Below, piece by piece: positions 37,045 through 47,027 of a DNA stretch of 64,000 nucleotides (its first letter is position 1; every line of letters starts with the position of its first letter). A program made the position numbers and the translations under genes. The stretch is from Planctomycetota bacterium (GTDB lineage: Bacteria; Planctomycetota; MHYJ01; WSZJ01). The stretch is from assembly GCA_038060895.1 (NCBI GenBank), contig JBBTCT010000024.1, positions 64,001 to 128,000 of the forward strand, written 5' to 3'. The notes under the pieces were generated by a model that was not told the DNA's origin, ran no database searches, and worked only from the letters and a program-made list of their open reading frames with translations.

Positions 37045-37398
37045 ATGGACAAGTGGAAAATCGACGTTCGCCTTGCCGTTATCCCCGCTGTGTTCGGAAT
37101 CGGGTGCCTTGTCGGATCGCTGTGGCCCAGGTCGGAGGCTAGGGCGGAAGGCGGGGCGGACAGCGGCAAGTACCTGCTTTTCAATGGGACGTACCTCGGC
37201 TCCGAGGAGAAGACTGTCGATCCGGAAGCAGCTTCCGTAAAACTGAAGCAGTACACATCGCTGTTTCGCTTGAACACGGAGACTGGTGAGACGATGGAGT
37301 ACTCCGATGGTCTGAGGTTCACGGACGGAAGCTACATTCCCACGCATTGGTCCGGCCCGGTCGAGGATGAATTAAGGCTGGTCAGGCCTCCGAAGTAG
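37045..37398 (+). CDS. Small exported hypothetical protein (element cargo)
   Basis: AAGGAG RBS, N-terminal hydrophobic segment, LFRLNTETGET motif. Confidence 0.7.
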   Translation: MDKWKIDVRLAVIPAVFGIGCLVGSLWPRSEARAEGGADSGKYLLFNGTYLGSEEKTVDPEAASVKLKQYTSLFRLNTETGETMEYSDGLRFTDGSYIPTHWSGPVEDELRLVRPPK

Positions 37399-37406
37399 TA
37401 GGCACG

Positions 37407-37634
37407 TCACACCCGTCCACCCTTCCCTCCGGGATCGGGTTTCCGGTACGCGCGGTATCCCTGCGCAAGTTTCTCGCGTCTCAACTTCTCTAGCTCAACG
37501 AGCGGAATTCGAAGCGTTCGCCCCCACCTGTGGGACGGAAGCTCCCCGGACCGAACCATCCGGTAAACGGTCACGATGGACAGGTCTAGCAATCGCGCTA
37601 CCGTTCGCAGGCTGCCGTCGATTTGACCGGACAT
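37407..37634 (-). CDS. Excisionase-family HTH protein
   Basis: TAAGGAG RBS; VARLLDLSIVTVYRMVRSGELPSHRWGRTLRIP. Confidence 0.85.
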   Translation of the reverse strand: MSGQIDGSLRTVARLLDLSIVTVYRMVRSGELPSHRWGRTLRIPLVELEKLRREKLAQGYRAYRKPDPGGKGGRV

Positions 37635-37645
37635 GACGAGACTCC

Positions 37646-38086
37646 TTAGGAAGAGAAAGGGACGATTCCAGCGGTGCTTCGTTCCGTTTTGCACGGGTAA
37701 CAGACATCGCAAGTCAGGAAGCCCCCGGCATCCCGGTACAGGCAGCGGCCCATCCCCCGGTCCTCCGCACGCCCGCAGTTCCAGCAGGTCGAGGTACAGG
37801 CGGCCCGCCGATCCAGCTCGCTTGTCGCCTCCGCGATCCACGCCAGCACTTCGGGGGAATCGACTACGGTCTCGGAGGGCGTTGTTGCGGCATTCACGGG
37901 CGGCGTTGCGGGGGCGTTGCGCTGCCCGTTGCGCGAGAGAACGGCAAGCGCCATAGAGCGAATGTCGAGGTCGTTGCGCTCCGGGTGCGTTGGCGGTTGC
38001 GCAAACACCCCTGCGTGTTGCGTGTTGCGTTCACTAGTACGCGCAGCGCGCAACACCTTGTCCGGCTTGGCAGGATCGGGGGTCAT
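37646..38086 (-). CDS. Hypothetical protein with CxxC pairs
   Basis: ATGA overlap with the primase stop; CWNCG...CDVC; contains GTTGCG repeats. Confidence 0.5.
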   Translation of the reverse strand: MTPDPAKPDKVLRAARTSERNTQHAGVFAQPPTHPERNDLDIRSMALAVLSRNGQRNAPATPPVNAATTPSETVVDSPEVLAWIAEATSELDRRAACTSTCWNCGRAEDRGMGRCLYRDAGGFLTCDVCYPCKTERSTAGIVPFSS

Positions 38087-39837
38087 AGCTTGCCGTCCTT
38101 CTTCGCCTGCCGCAGGAATCGAGAGACGTTGGACGGGTCCCTGCCCACGATCCCGGCAATCTCTCGAATGCCGCAGCCTTCCTTCTTCAGCGCAATTGCT
38201 TCGTCGTGCCACGCCGTCTCGCAGTCCTTGGTGGAGCAGCGCAGGATGCCGTCCGAACCGGTTTCAAGGCGGGCTTCGAAGGGTGCGACCGCGTCGCCCC
38301 GGACCCCGCGCGCCTTCTCGAAGTGAACCTCGAAGCGGCTACCCTCCGAGGGCGAGTAGTCAGAGGGGTGGCGCAGGGAGAGGACCAAGTTCACGACGTC
38401 TTCGCGCTTCGACGTCCCGCGCTGCTTCCCGCCCTTCCCCGCGTGATGGACCATGAACACGGTGATCCCCCTGCGGCGCAGCTTCAGGATGTAGGTCTGC
38501 ATGGCGTCCCACGATTCGCTGTCGTTCTCGGGGCCGCCGTTGGCCAGCGTGGAGAGGTTGTCGATGAAGACCACATCCACATCCTTCAGGTGAGGTTCAA
38601 GCAGCGCCTGTCCCTCGAAGGTCGCAAGGTTCGGGGTGCCGGACTCCTGAAGGTCAGGCGTGACAATCTTGAAGAAGTCCGGGTCCGGCTGCGCCTCCAT
38701 GCCCGCGAGGATGGCGGCAACCCGGTGCTGCACATCTTCCGCAGCCATTTCCCCGTCAACGAAGAGAACCCGGCGGGGCTTCCGGGCGATCCAACGAAGC
38801 ACGCGACCGCCGCAGGCGATGCCGCAGGCGAGTAGCAGCGCAAGCCAGGTCTTCGAGACTCCACGCCAGCCATACGCCAGCACCAAGTCCTTGGCGCGGA
38901 GGATGGCGTCGCCCTTCTCCGTTTCGAGGATGGCTTCGCGCGGCTGAAGTGTCTTCGCCAGAAACTCGCGCGCATTCAGCACGGTCAGGCTGCGCGCAGG
39001 TGAAGAAGTCTCAGTCGAACCTGCGGGATAGCGGCAGATGCTCTTCGCAATATCCGCGAGTTCCTGTTCACCGACCGGCTCTTCGAGACGTTCGACGGTG
39101 TTGACAACTCGCAGCGCAGCGAGGATTTCTGCCTCCGTGAATCCCCGCCTGCGGAAGGACCCTGCGATGCTGGCCAGCCAATGATTCCGCTCCCCGATCT
39201 TGATCTTCTCCGGCAGCACGGGTGCTGGCCCTGTCTTCGCCCCGTGGCCATTTCGACCGAGGACCACATCGAGGACTTTTTCGTGCGCAGCCGCGATCTT
39301 CACTTCTCCCGGCCTGCTACTGGCCTCCCATTCGTAGTTTCGCCCCGAACGATGCGCCGCAGGTGTGACGATGATGTATCCGCCGTCTCCCCGAATGTCG
39401 ATGCCCGGCAGGATGCCCACCTTCGACGGCACGGAGACCCCCTCCGGCATTCCGAGGAGGAAGTGTCGCCCGCCGCCGCCGGTCAGGGCCTGCACGGTGT
39501 CTGGCCACGGGGCCAGATTTTTCAGCGTCTCGAAGCTGTCGTCTCCACCGTGGCCGGGATCGACGTCCACGACGAAGAAGCCGGACGGCGCGCCGGTAGC
39601 GACGGCGGGATTGGCGTCCGGCCAACGATCCCACCACGCCTTGATGATGACGTCGTCCTTCGTGCCGTCGAGGAAGCCGCGAGGTACGCGGGGGTGCTTC
39701 CCCGGTGAATGACAGTCGGCATCGCCGCAGGTGCAGCGCCCTGCTTCGTCTATGGAATGGCAGGGGAAGACGGACCATCCGTAGTGCTTCGCGTACCAAC
39801 GGGCCGCTTCACCGCGTTTGCTCTGCTTCGAGTTCAT
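38083..39837 (-). CDS. Bifunctional primase-polymerase + PriCT + AAA_25 helicase, C-terminal HTH
   Basis: WSVFPC..GKHP..VVDVD..TGGGGRH..DIRGDGGYII; GERNHWL; GWRGVSKT, FVDGEM, FIDNL, VHHAGK..QRGTS. Confidence 0.92.
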   Translation of the reverse strand: MNSKQSKRGEAARWYAKHYGWSVFPCHSIDEAGRCTCGDADCHSPGKHPRVPRGFLDGTKDDVIIKAWWDRWPDANPAVATGAPSGFFVVDVDPGHGGDDSFETLKNLAPWPDTVQALTGGGGRHFLLGMPEGVSVPSKVGILPGIDIRGDGGYIIVTPAAHRSGRNYEWEASSRPGEVKIAAAHEKVLDVVLGRNGHGAKTGPAPVLPEKIKIGERNHWLASIAGSFRRRGFTEAEILAALRVVNTVERLEEPVGEQELADIAKSICRYPAGSTETSSPARSLTVLNAREFLAKTLQPREAILETEKGDAILRAKDLVLAYGWRGVSKTWLALLLACGIACGGRVLRWIARKPRRVLFVDGEMAAEDVQHRVAAILAGMEAQPDPDFFKIVTPDLQESGTPNLATFEGQALLEPHLKDVDVVFIDNLSTLANGGPENDSESWDAMQTYILKLRRRGITVFMVHHAGKGGKQRGTSKREDVVNLVLSLRHPSDYSPSEGSRFEVHFEKARGVRGDAVAPFEARLETGSDGILRCSTKDCETAWHDEAIALKKEGCGIREIAGIVGRDPSNVSRFLRQAKKDGKL

Positions 39838-40046
39838 CTCGGGGAGTCCTGAATCATGGCGAAAACGAGGGCGAGAAGATCGACGGCAGGATGCCTGCCG
39901 AGGATGACGATGGATTCGCGCAGCTGCGGGTGTCGGGCGACAGCGGCATAGACAGCCGCGCGCGGCCCTCCGGCACGGAGAGACCCGAGGGAGAGGAACC
40001 GCATGGCCCGGTCCGAACGCGCGCTTCGAGGAAGCCGGGGTATCAC
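39834..40046 (-). CDS. Small hypothetical protein
   Basis: Translationally coupled on both sides (GTGA/ATGA overlaps). Confidence 0.55.
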   Translation of the reverse strand: MIPRLPRSARSDRAMRFLSLGSLRAGGPRAAVYAAVARHPQLRESIVILGRHPAVDLLALVFAMIQDSPR

Positions 40047-40360
40047 TTCCCACCCCCCTTCAGGAACCGGGGCTTTCGGCGGAGTTCTGCGAGTAGCGCG
40101 TCATTCGGGTGCGGCGGAAGCGGGCGCGGATCGGGTCGCGGCGGTGGCGACTGCGCCCGCGAATCGAGGGCAGCCCGCAGGTCGGCGGCCCTGCACGCAA
40201 GCCTGCGCCCCACGCGAATCAGCGGCACGCCAAGTCGGCGCAGCGCCTTGGGAGCGGATTCGGCGTCGATGTCCAGAATCACCCCTACGTCGTCCATCAA
40301 GGGGTATTCGGGCCACGATGCCCTTCTCACTTCGATGCTGTACTTGCCTTTGGTGTCCAT
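40043..40360 (-). CDS. Putative AlpA/Xis-like DNA-binding protein
   Basis: DVGVILDIDAESAPKALRRLGVPLIRVGRRLACRAADL resembles a winged HTH; first gene of the replication operon. Confidence 0.55.
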   Translation of the reverse strand: MDTKGKYSIEVRRASWPEYPLMDDVGVILDIDAESAPKALRRLGVPLIRVGRRLACRAADLRAALDSRAQSPPPRPDPRPLPPHPNDALLAELRRKPRFLKGGGK

Positions 40361-40421
40361 ATTCGACCAAGGGGGTACAGCCGCCCGCAGATTCGGAAGA
40401 AAATCGGAATTCCCTAAGCTC

Positions 40422-41516
40422 TTACGCGGTCCACCCTTTCGACTTGGCCAGCAGGAGGACTAGCTCCCCGTCGTCCTCGGCATGGAGAGCCTCATTGAGC
40501 GTGGGCGGTGTGACGTCCCAATCGCGGGCGACGGTCTCCTTCGAGGGGGGAGGGACTTCGGTGATTCGCCTTTCCAGCCAGTCGAGGGCTGCCAGTCTGC
40601 CTTTTGCGAGGTCTTCGGATTTCCGTTCGCGGATGTACTGGAGGATCAAGGCGGCGGTTTCCTTGGCTTCCTTCGCGTCCTTCGTTTCTTTCACGTCCTC
40701 GATAGTGTCTTTGAGTTTGGTGTCTTCGTCCTCGCCGACCTGAACCTCCAAGCTCACCGTGCGCCGGGCGTGGCGACGCCGTTTGATGCATTCTCTTTTC
40801 ACTCGGTCCGCATAGGTCGCCACTTTCATGGCCAGCTTGCCGTCCTTCAGCTTGTAGTCCTTCTCGTAGCTCGCCCTGCCGTACACGTCGCAGATGATGT
40901 CCTCGATAACCGCCTCCGTGCTGGTCGGGTCAATCTCTCTGCGGTCCCCTGTCTTCGAAGGCTTGATCCGCCTGCGGTGTAGTAGCTTCTCGATTTCGCT
41001 GCGGATACCCGGCGGCCACGGAGAAGGGTTATCGGCGTCGCGGAGGAAATGCTCTTCGACAAGGGTCTCGTTCAGGATGCGGAATAGGACCTGGGTCCAG
41101 ACCCTTCGCAGAGTCGCGTGGCGTTCGGTCTTCGGTGTTGACGACATCGCGGGCCGGACCACGCCTTCAAACCAGCGGTTCATGCAGGCGGCGGCAGCCT
41201 CACAATTGATCTCGTCCGCCCGCTGCGCAGAGACGCCCGCCAATCGGATTCCCACCGAGAAGCCCGGCACCACGCCTGATTTGTCGAAGAGGTCTTTGTG
41301 ACGCCCACGGATGTGGGCCAGAATTGACTGGTACATGAGTTCCGCCTTGGCGTCTGACAGGTTGCCCTTTTCGTCGGCGGCTTCTGCGAGGTGCCCCTGC
41401 ACGTTCCAGCAAAGCCACGAGAAGATAACGTCCATCGGTTCCAGCGGCGGCATCGGCAACGGCGGTAGAGAGACTGCCCCCGGCCTGCAAAAGAGCCTGT
41501 CTTCGGTGTCTGGCAT
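40422..41516 (-). CDS. Hypothetical protein with sigma-70 region 3.2/4-like C-terminus
   Basis: GGAGAGG RBS; TVSLEVQVGEDEDTKLKDTIED and terminal HTH SKETVARDWDVTPPTLNEAL. Confidence 0.55.
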   Translation of the reverse strand: MPDTEDRLFCRPGAVSLPPLPMPPLEPMDVIFSWLCWNVQGHLAEAADEKGNLSDAKAELMYQSILAHIRGRHKDLFDKSGVVPGFSVGIRLAGVSAQRADEINCEAAAACMNRWFEGVVRPAMSSTPKTERHATLRRVWTQVLFRILNETLVEEHFLRDADNPSPWPPGIRSEIEKLLHRRRIKPSKTGDRREIDPTSTEAVIEDIICDVYGRASYEKDYKLKDGKLAMKVATYADRVKRECIKRRRHARRTVSLEVQVGEDEDTKLKDTIEDVKETKDAKEAKETAALILQYIRERKSEDLAKGRLAALDWLERRITEVPPPSKETVARDWDVTPPTLNEALHAEDDGELVLLLAKSKGWTA

Positions 41517-41632
41517 TTGCGTCCTCTCCCGCGAAGGCGAGCGGAGCCGCAGAGAGGTGCGGCCCACGCCCGCCGGTTAGCGCGAGGACCGTCGCCCTCG
41601 CGCAGGTCATTCTATCCGCGCCGTCGCGGCGC

Positions 41633-41666
41633 TTGGCTGCCCACGTGGTAGCCCACGGGCTGCCCG
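41633..41666. repeat. Putative integrase arm-type sites (right)
   Basis: TTGGCTGCCCAC-GTGGTAGCCCAC-GGGCTGCCCG. Confidence 0.7.
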
Positions 41667-41794
41667 ATGTCGTCCGACGTCGTCCGGCGTCTTCCGCCTT
41701 CCAGCCGATCCTGCGCTTGCCGTAACCCGTGGTGATGTCGCACGTTTACGCGATCTTCCCTCGAAGTCCGGCGAACGGATTCGCGGAAGCTGAT

Positions 41795-41820
41795 TCGGAT
41801 TGTCGATCCGAAGGTTGCGG
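41795..41820 (+). repeat. att repeat 1 (tRNA-Asp anticodon-arm core)
   Basis: 26/26 identity to 35251-35276. Confidence 0.95.
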
Positions 41821-41866
41821 CGTCGTCCCCAGCTGTTTGCCACGGCCTTGCACTCCCGCCGTTCCT

Positions 41867-44290
41867 TCACATCGCGTCCAGAGTCTCCCGCACCCTTCTC
41901 GCCAGTCCGTCCGCGGTAAAAGGTTTCTGCAGGAAGTGCACGTCCTGGTCCAGGACACCGTGGTGGACGATGGCGTTGCTGGTGTAGCCGGAGACGTAGA
42001 GGACGGGCAAGCCGGGACGGATCTCGGACAGGCGCTTGTGGAGGTCGCGGCCGCTCAATCCCGGCATGACGACGTCGGTGACCAGGAGGCGGATGGCATC
42101 GGTGTTCTTCATGAAGACTTCGATGGCTTCCGGGCCGCTTGCCGCCTCCAGGACGACATACCCCTTGCTACGCAGGACCGCGCAAGCCAATTTTCGGACG
42201 GCAGGCTCGTCTTCCACGACCAGGATGCCCTCGGAGCCCCGGGGGACGTCGCGCGGGGCCTCCCGGTCAGGAGTGCTGGCCGCCTCCTGGACGCTCGGAA
42301 AGTAGATCTTGAAGGTCGTGCCTATTCCGGGCTCGCTGTAGACCCAGATGTTGGCGCCGCTTTGTTTCACGATGCCGTGGACGGTTGCCAATCCGAGCCC
42401 TGTGCCTTTTCCGATGACCTTGGTGGTAAAGAAAGGTTCGAAGAGGTGTTCCTGCGTATTGCGGTCCATGCCGATTCCATTGTCGCTGACGGCCAGCATG
42501 ACGTAGGAACCGGGAGCGACGGACGTGTGCGCCCGGGAGTAGGCCTCATCGAGCTGCACGTTGGCGGTTTCGAGGGTCAGTCTGCCGCCGTTGGGCATGG
42601 CGTCACGGGCGTTCACGGCGAGATTCATGATGATCTGCTCAAGCTGCCCGGGGTCGGCCTTGACGAGGTGGAGGCCGGGTGCAAGGGAACTCCTGAGGTC
42701 GACGTCTTCGCCGATGAGGCGTTTCAGGAGTTGCTCCATCTTCTGCACGATGACGTTGATGTCGATCACCTTGAGCACGAGGATCTGGTTACGGCTGAAC
42801 GCCAGGAGCTGGCGGGTCAGGTCGGCCGCCCGGTCTCCCGCGGCCAGGATTTCCTTGAGTGATTCCCGCACGGGATTCCCCTCGCGGAACTGCTCGATCA
42901 GGGTCTCGCTGTAACCATTGATTACGGTGAGAAGGTTGTTGAAGTCGTGGGCGATTCCGCCGGCCAGGCGTCCGATCGATTCGACTTTCTGCGATTGCTC
43001 CAGCTGGCCGCGGAGGCGGTGCCGGACGAGGAATTGGCCGATCTGGCTGCCCAGGTCGGCCATCATCGCCAGCATGTCTTCATCCGGCTTTTCGATCTTC
43101 CGGCTGAAGAACATCATGACGGCGGACGCCTTGTCCTCGCTCGCGACCGGGAAGGCGAACGCCCCGTGGAGATTCAGGCGCGCCGCGAGTTTCGTGCGCG
43201 GGCAGGCCGCTTCCTTGGCGACGTCCTCGAACCACATCGCCTTGCCGCTGGCCGCCACGCTTCCGGCAATGCCGGTCCCGACAGGCCATGGGGCTCCCCG
43301 GGCCGCGTTTTCGAACTCCTCCAGGTCCACGTTTGGGAGATGCCAGCCCCGCACGAACTGCATCATCTGGTCGCGGAAACTCACCGTCCAGACCTCCCCG
43401 TGGGCCCAGTTCATGCTCTCGCACACGGCCTTCAGGATCCTCGGGGCGACCTCTTCGAAGGACTCACCTTCCGAAAGGATGGCCGTGACCGCGCTGCGCG
43501 CGACGAGGCGCACCGCGTAGCGCTCGCGCTCCTCAAGCGCCGCCTCGAGCCCCGCCCGGACCTTCTCCAGGCCCTGCCGGCGCTTTCTTTCCGAAATATC
43601 GACGATGGCGGCCAGAACGAACGTCTCTCCCTCGATCGTGATCGGATTGAGTCCGATTTCCAGCGGAACTTGCGTCCCGTCCTTCCGACGCCCGTACAGG
43701 TCGCGCCCTTCTCCCATGGACCGGGGGCGCGGATTCGCAAGGAACTGGTTGCGGATCTCGACATGGGTCTTCTGGAGGCTGGCCGGCATGAGCATCTCGA
43801 TGAATTGCCCCAGCATTTCCGCGCGGGAATACCCGAAGATCTTCTCCGCCTGCGAATTGACGAAGGTGATCTTCCCGTGCCCGTCCACCAGGACCATCGC
43901 GCTCGGCGCGGCCTCCAGGATCAGCCGCACCCGGTCGTCCGCCTGCTTCCGCTCCGTCAGGTCCCTCGCTATCGCGTATAGACGAGTGGACCCGGAAGCG
44001 GGAGGTGCGACCCTCCAGGAAAGCCATCGCCACGTCCCGTCCTTGCAGCGATAGCGGTTCTCGAACTCCAGAACCGGAGCGCCCTTCGCCTGCTTTGCCG
44101 CAACGTCAATGGTCGCCTGCCGATCGTCGGGGTGGACGAAGTCGAGCCAGGGACGTGCAAGGATCTCTTCAACCGTCCACCCGAGGACCCGCTCCCAGGA
44201 GGGACTCAGTCGCTTGAAATAGCCGTCGAGATCTGCGACCGCCAGCAGATCGATGCTGTTTTCGAAAAGAACTTCAAGCTCGCCGCTCAT
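41867..44290 (-). CDS. Hybrid sensor kinase PAS-PAS-GAF-HisKA-HATPase-REC
   Basis: [53 protein letters not shown]. Confidence 0.95.
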   Translation of the reverse strand: MSGELEVLFENSIDLLAVADLDGYFKRLSPSWERVLGWTVEEILARPWLDFVHPDDRQATIDVAAKQAKGAPVLEFENRYRCKDGTWRWLSWRVAPPASGSTRLYAIARDLTERKQADDRVRLILEAAPSAMVLVDGHGKITFVNSQAEKIFGYSRAEMLGQFIEMLMPASLQKTHVEIRNQFLANPRPRSMGEGRDLYGRRKDGTQVPLEIGLNPITIEGETFVLAAIVDISERKRRQGLEKVRAGLEAALEERERYAVRLVARSAVTAILSEGESFEEVAPRILKAVCESMNWAHGEVWTVSFRDQMMQFVRGWHLPNVDLEEFENAARGAPWPVGTGIAGSVAASGKAMWFEDVAKEAACPRTKLAARLNLHGAFAFPVASEDKASAVMMFFSRKIEKPDEDMLAMMADLGSQIGQFLVRHRLRGQLEQSQKVESIGRLAGGIAHDFNNLLTVINGYSETLIEQFREGNPVRESLKEILAAGDRAADLTRQLLAFSRNQILVLKVIDINVIVQKMEQLLKRLIGEDVDLRSSLAPGLHLVKADPGQLEQIIMNLAVNARDAMPNGGRLTLETANVQLDEAYSRAHTSVAPGSYVMLAVSDNGIGMDRNTQEHLFEPFFTTKVIGKGTGLGLATVHGIVKQSGANIWVYSEPGIGTTFKIYFPSVQEAASTPDREAPRDVPRGSEGILVVEDEPAVRKLACAVLRSKGYVVLEAASGPEAIEVFMKNTDAIRLLVTDVVMPGLSGRDLHKRLSEIRPGLPVLYVSGYTSNAIVHHGVLDQDVHFLQKPFTADGLARRVRETLDAM

Positions 44291-44612
44291 GACGCCGCGC
44301 TCCAGCAGAAGTGCCATAGCAAGTCTTGCCTGCCAGCCGACTCGGGGAAGCGCAGCCCAGGTCCCTGCAAATGCGCCATCCACGAACTCTCACCACCCGC
44401 GACCCTTATACCAGACCACCCTGACATTCCACTACGCCGGGCGAAGCCCGGGCGCGCACTCTCGCCCCTGCCCGGTCAATCGACCCGCGGGCCAAACGCG
44501 GCTCGACCGAAATCTTGTCTCTACCGCAAAACCTCGCCAACTGTGTGCGCGCACGGGTGGCCACTCCTGCCCACTGGTGACCACTCATGAACTCTCCTGC
44601 CTCATCTCGCTT

Positions 44613-44641
44613 CATCGGATTGTCGATCCGAAGGTTGCGGG
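44613..44641 (+). repeat. att repeat 2 (tRNA-Asp anticodon-arm core)
   Basis: 29/29 identity to 35249-35277. Confidence 0.95.
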
Positions 44642-44828
44642 GACTCCTGATCAACGCAGCTTCGCACACCCTTTCAGAGAGGGAACTTCCACGCTTTGGA
44701 ATCCGGGTCCCTGCAAGTGGTAACCTCTCTGTGGGGAGGCGGAACTTCGGGCGGCGACGAATCCTGTCGAAGCCCCGGGTACCGGAATTGGATTGTGTTT
44801 TCGGGCTCGCGCCCGGGGGAGGGCGACC

Positions 44829-46895
44829 TTGTCTCAACATCTTGACGATCGAAGCGAAATCCAGGCTTTTGTCACCGAGACCCTCCTGGACGACGTCGGC
44901 GCCATCGTCGTTCGCGTGGACTCGACCGGCAGCCGGATCATCTACGGCAGGAGCACGGAGCGGATCACGGGATACAACCGGCGCGAGCTCGCCTCCTCGA
45001 ATTGGCTTGACCTGCTTCTGCCCGAGGCGCGCTACCCTGACCTGCGGGCCGTCATGACGAAGCTGCAGGCCTCGGAAAGCGACAGGCCGCACCTCCAGCC
45101 GATCCTGATGAAATCCGGAGAGGAACGCGCGATTCTCTGGACTAACCACCTGGGCGGCGAAGGAGATCCCTTCCTCGCCCTGACGGTCGGGATCGACGAC
45201 GCCGAGCACCAGGCCGTCGTGAGGACGCTTTCTGAACGAGGCGGCCATGCACTCTTGGCGGCCGAAATCGCCACGGCGCAGGTGAGCTCGGGCACGTCGC
45301 GACAGATGTTGACCCGGGTCACCGATTCGCTGGTGCGCCATCTTGGCGCTGCGTTTGCCCGGATCTGGACGCTCGACTCGACACGGAAGGTCCTGGAGCT
45401 GCAGGCGAGCTCCGGAATGTACACGCACATCGACGGCGGACATGCCCGGGTTCCCGTCGGGCAATTCAAGATCGGCATGGTGGCCGCGGAACGGAAGCCG
45501 CACCTCACCAACAACGTCATGATCGACCCGCGCGTCAGCAACCCCGAGTGGGCCAGGAAAGAGGGAATGGTCGCCTTCGCAGGGCACCCTTTGATCGTCG
45601 GCGACGAGGTCGTTGGAGTCATGGCGCTCTTCGCCCGCAAACCGCTCAGCGACGCCACCCTGCAGGCGCTCGGGTCCGTAGCCGACATGGTCGCCCTGGG
45701 AATTCATCGAAAGTCGCTCGAGGTCCGGGAAAAGACGCTGGAAGAGAAGCTCCGGCAATCCCAGAAGATGGACGCCCTGGGCAGGCTCGCGGGCGGGGTC
45801 GCCCACGACTTCAACAACCTGCTCACCGTGATCATGGGCTATACCGAGATGCTCCACGCTTCACTCCCCTCCGCAGACCCGCGGCAGGCCGAAATGAAGC
45901 AGATCATGCAGGCGTCTGAAAGGGCTTCCTCCCTGACCCGGCAGCTCCTGGCTTTCAGCCGGAAGCGCGTCGTGCAGGCGACCCGGGTGGACCTGAACGA
46001 GGTGCTCCGCAACCTTTCGCAGATGCTTCAGCGGCTTCTCGAAGACAACCTCAAGCTGAATGTCGTCCTGGGACCGGCCCTGGAAAAGGTCCTCGCGGAT
46101 ATCGGCGGACTGGAACAGGTCGTCGTGAATCTCGTCGTGAACGCCCGCGACGCCATGGGAGGCGCAGGCACGGTTCGAATCTCTACTTCAAACGTTGACC
46201 TGGTCCCGCGAGCCGGCAGCGGACTCGAGGACCTCGCGCCAGGCAGATACGTCGAGCTATCGGTCCAGGACGAAGGTTGCGGCATGTCTCCCGAGGTACA
46301 GGCAAGGCTCTTTGAACCCTTCTTCACGACGAAGGAGCGGGGCAAGGGCACCGGACTGGGACTTTCAACGATTCACGGAATCGTCCGGCAGTGCCGGGGC
46401 GGCATCGAGGTGATCAGCGAGGTCGGGAAGGGCTCGACTTTCCGCGTCTATCTGCCCGTCGCCCCGCGGGGCGCCGGGAGCCAGGCCCCTGCGGTCGCGT
46501 CCGGCCGCGCCGGCGGCGCAGCGCACATCCTGCTCGTCGAGGACGAGCCGGCGGTCCTGCAATTCGCGAAGGTCGCCCTTTCCGGCGACGGACACCACGT
46601 ACAAACGGCAACCTCGATCGCAGAAGCCCTCGAGGTCGCCAGGACCTCGAAGGATCCGGTCGATCTTGTCATCACGGACTGCGAACTCGGGGATCTGACG
46701 GGCAGGGAGCTCATTCATACCATTCGGAGGCTGCGTCCCTCCGTGAAGGCAATCCTCATGAGCGGCTCCCCTCGTCGCGGCGAAGAACCCGATCCCCCGG
46801 GAACCCTTGAAGACGAGGTCCTGGAGAAGCCGTTCTCGGGGGCAACTCTGCGGGCGAAGGTCCGCTCGGTGCTGAGTCGGGCCCATCGTCAGTAA
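44829..46895 (+). CDS. Hybrid sensor kinase PAS-GAF-HisKA-HATPase-REC
   Basis: GGAGG + TTG start; AAFARIW..YTHIDG.H GAF; [15 protein letters not shown]; C-terminal REC. Confidence 0.92.
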   Translation: MSQHLDDRSEIQAFVTETLLDDVGAIVVRVDSTGSRIIYGRSTERITGYNRRELASSNWLDLLLPEARYPDLRAVMTKLQASESDRPHLQPILMKSGEERAILWTNHLGGEGDPFLALTVGIDDAEHQAVVRTLSERGGHALLAAEIATAQVSSGTSRQMLTRVTDSLVRHLGAAFARIWTLDSTRKVLELQASSGMYTHIDGGHARVPVGQFKIGMVAAERKPHLTNNVMIDPRVSNPEWARKEGMVAFAGHPLIVGDEVVGVMALFARKPLSDATLQALGSVADMVALGIHRKSLEVREKTLEEKLRQSQKMDALGRLAGGVAHDFNNLLTVIMGYTEMLHASLPSADPRQAEMKQIMQASERASSLTRQLLAFSRKRVVQATRVDLNEVLRNLSQMLQRLLEDNLKLNVVLGPALEKVLADIGGLEQVVVNLVVNARDAMGGAGTVRISTSNVDLVPRAGSGLEDLAPGRYVELSVQDEGCGMSPEVQARLFEPFFTTKERGKGTGLGLSTIHGIVRQCRGGIEVISEVGKGSTFRVYLPVAPRGAGSQAPAVASGRAGGAAHILLVEDEPAVLQFAKVALSGDGHHVQTATSIAEALEVARTSKDPVDLVITDCELGDLTGRELIHTIRRLRPSVKAILMSGSPRRGEEPDPPGTLEDEVLEKPFSGATLRAKVRSVLSRAHRQ

Positions 46896-47027
46896 ATTGG
46901 CAGGAGCGCTTCGGTCGGCTCACGGGACGACGCATCGCCGGGGCCTGCCACTCGCGCGCGATTTCCGGCGAGAATTCATCCGCGCTGCTTAGAATCTCCA
47001 CACGGCCTGAGTTCGGAGACCAGGGGC

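Larger units (their letters stand above)
35251..41820. mobile_element. Integrative satellite-like element at tRNA-Asp
   Basis: 26-bp direct repeat TCGGATTGTCGATCCGAAGGTTGCGG at 35251 and 41795; integrase, xis and primase-helicase inside; arm-type repeats near both ends. Confidence 0.9.

Noticed and set aside
35251-41820. Complete prophage or ICE
   Set aside because: No structural, packaging, lysis, relaxase or T4SS genes.
41795-44641. att copies as additional tRNA genes
   Set aside because: Only the anticodon arm, variable loop and part of the T stem are present; there is no D arm, T loop or acceptor stem.
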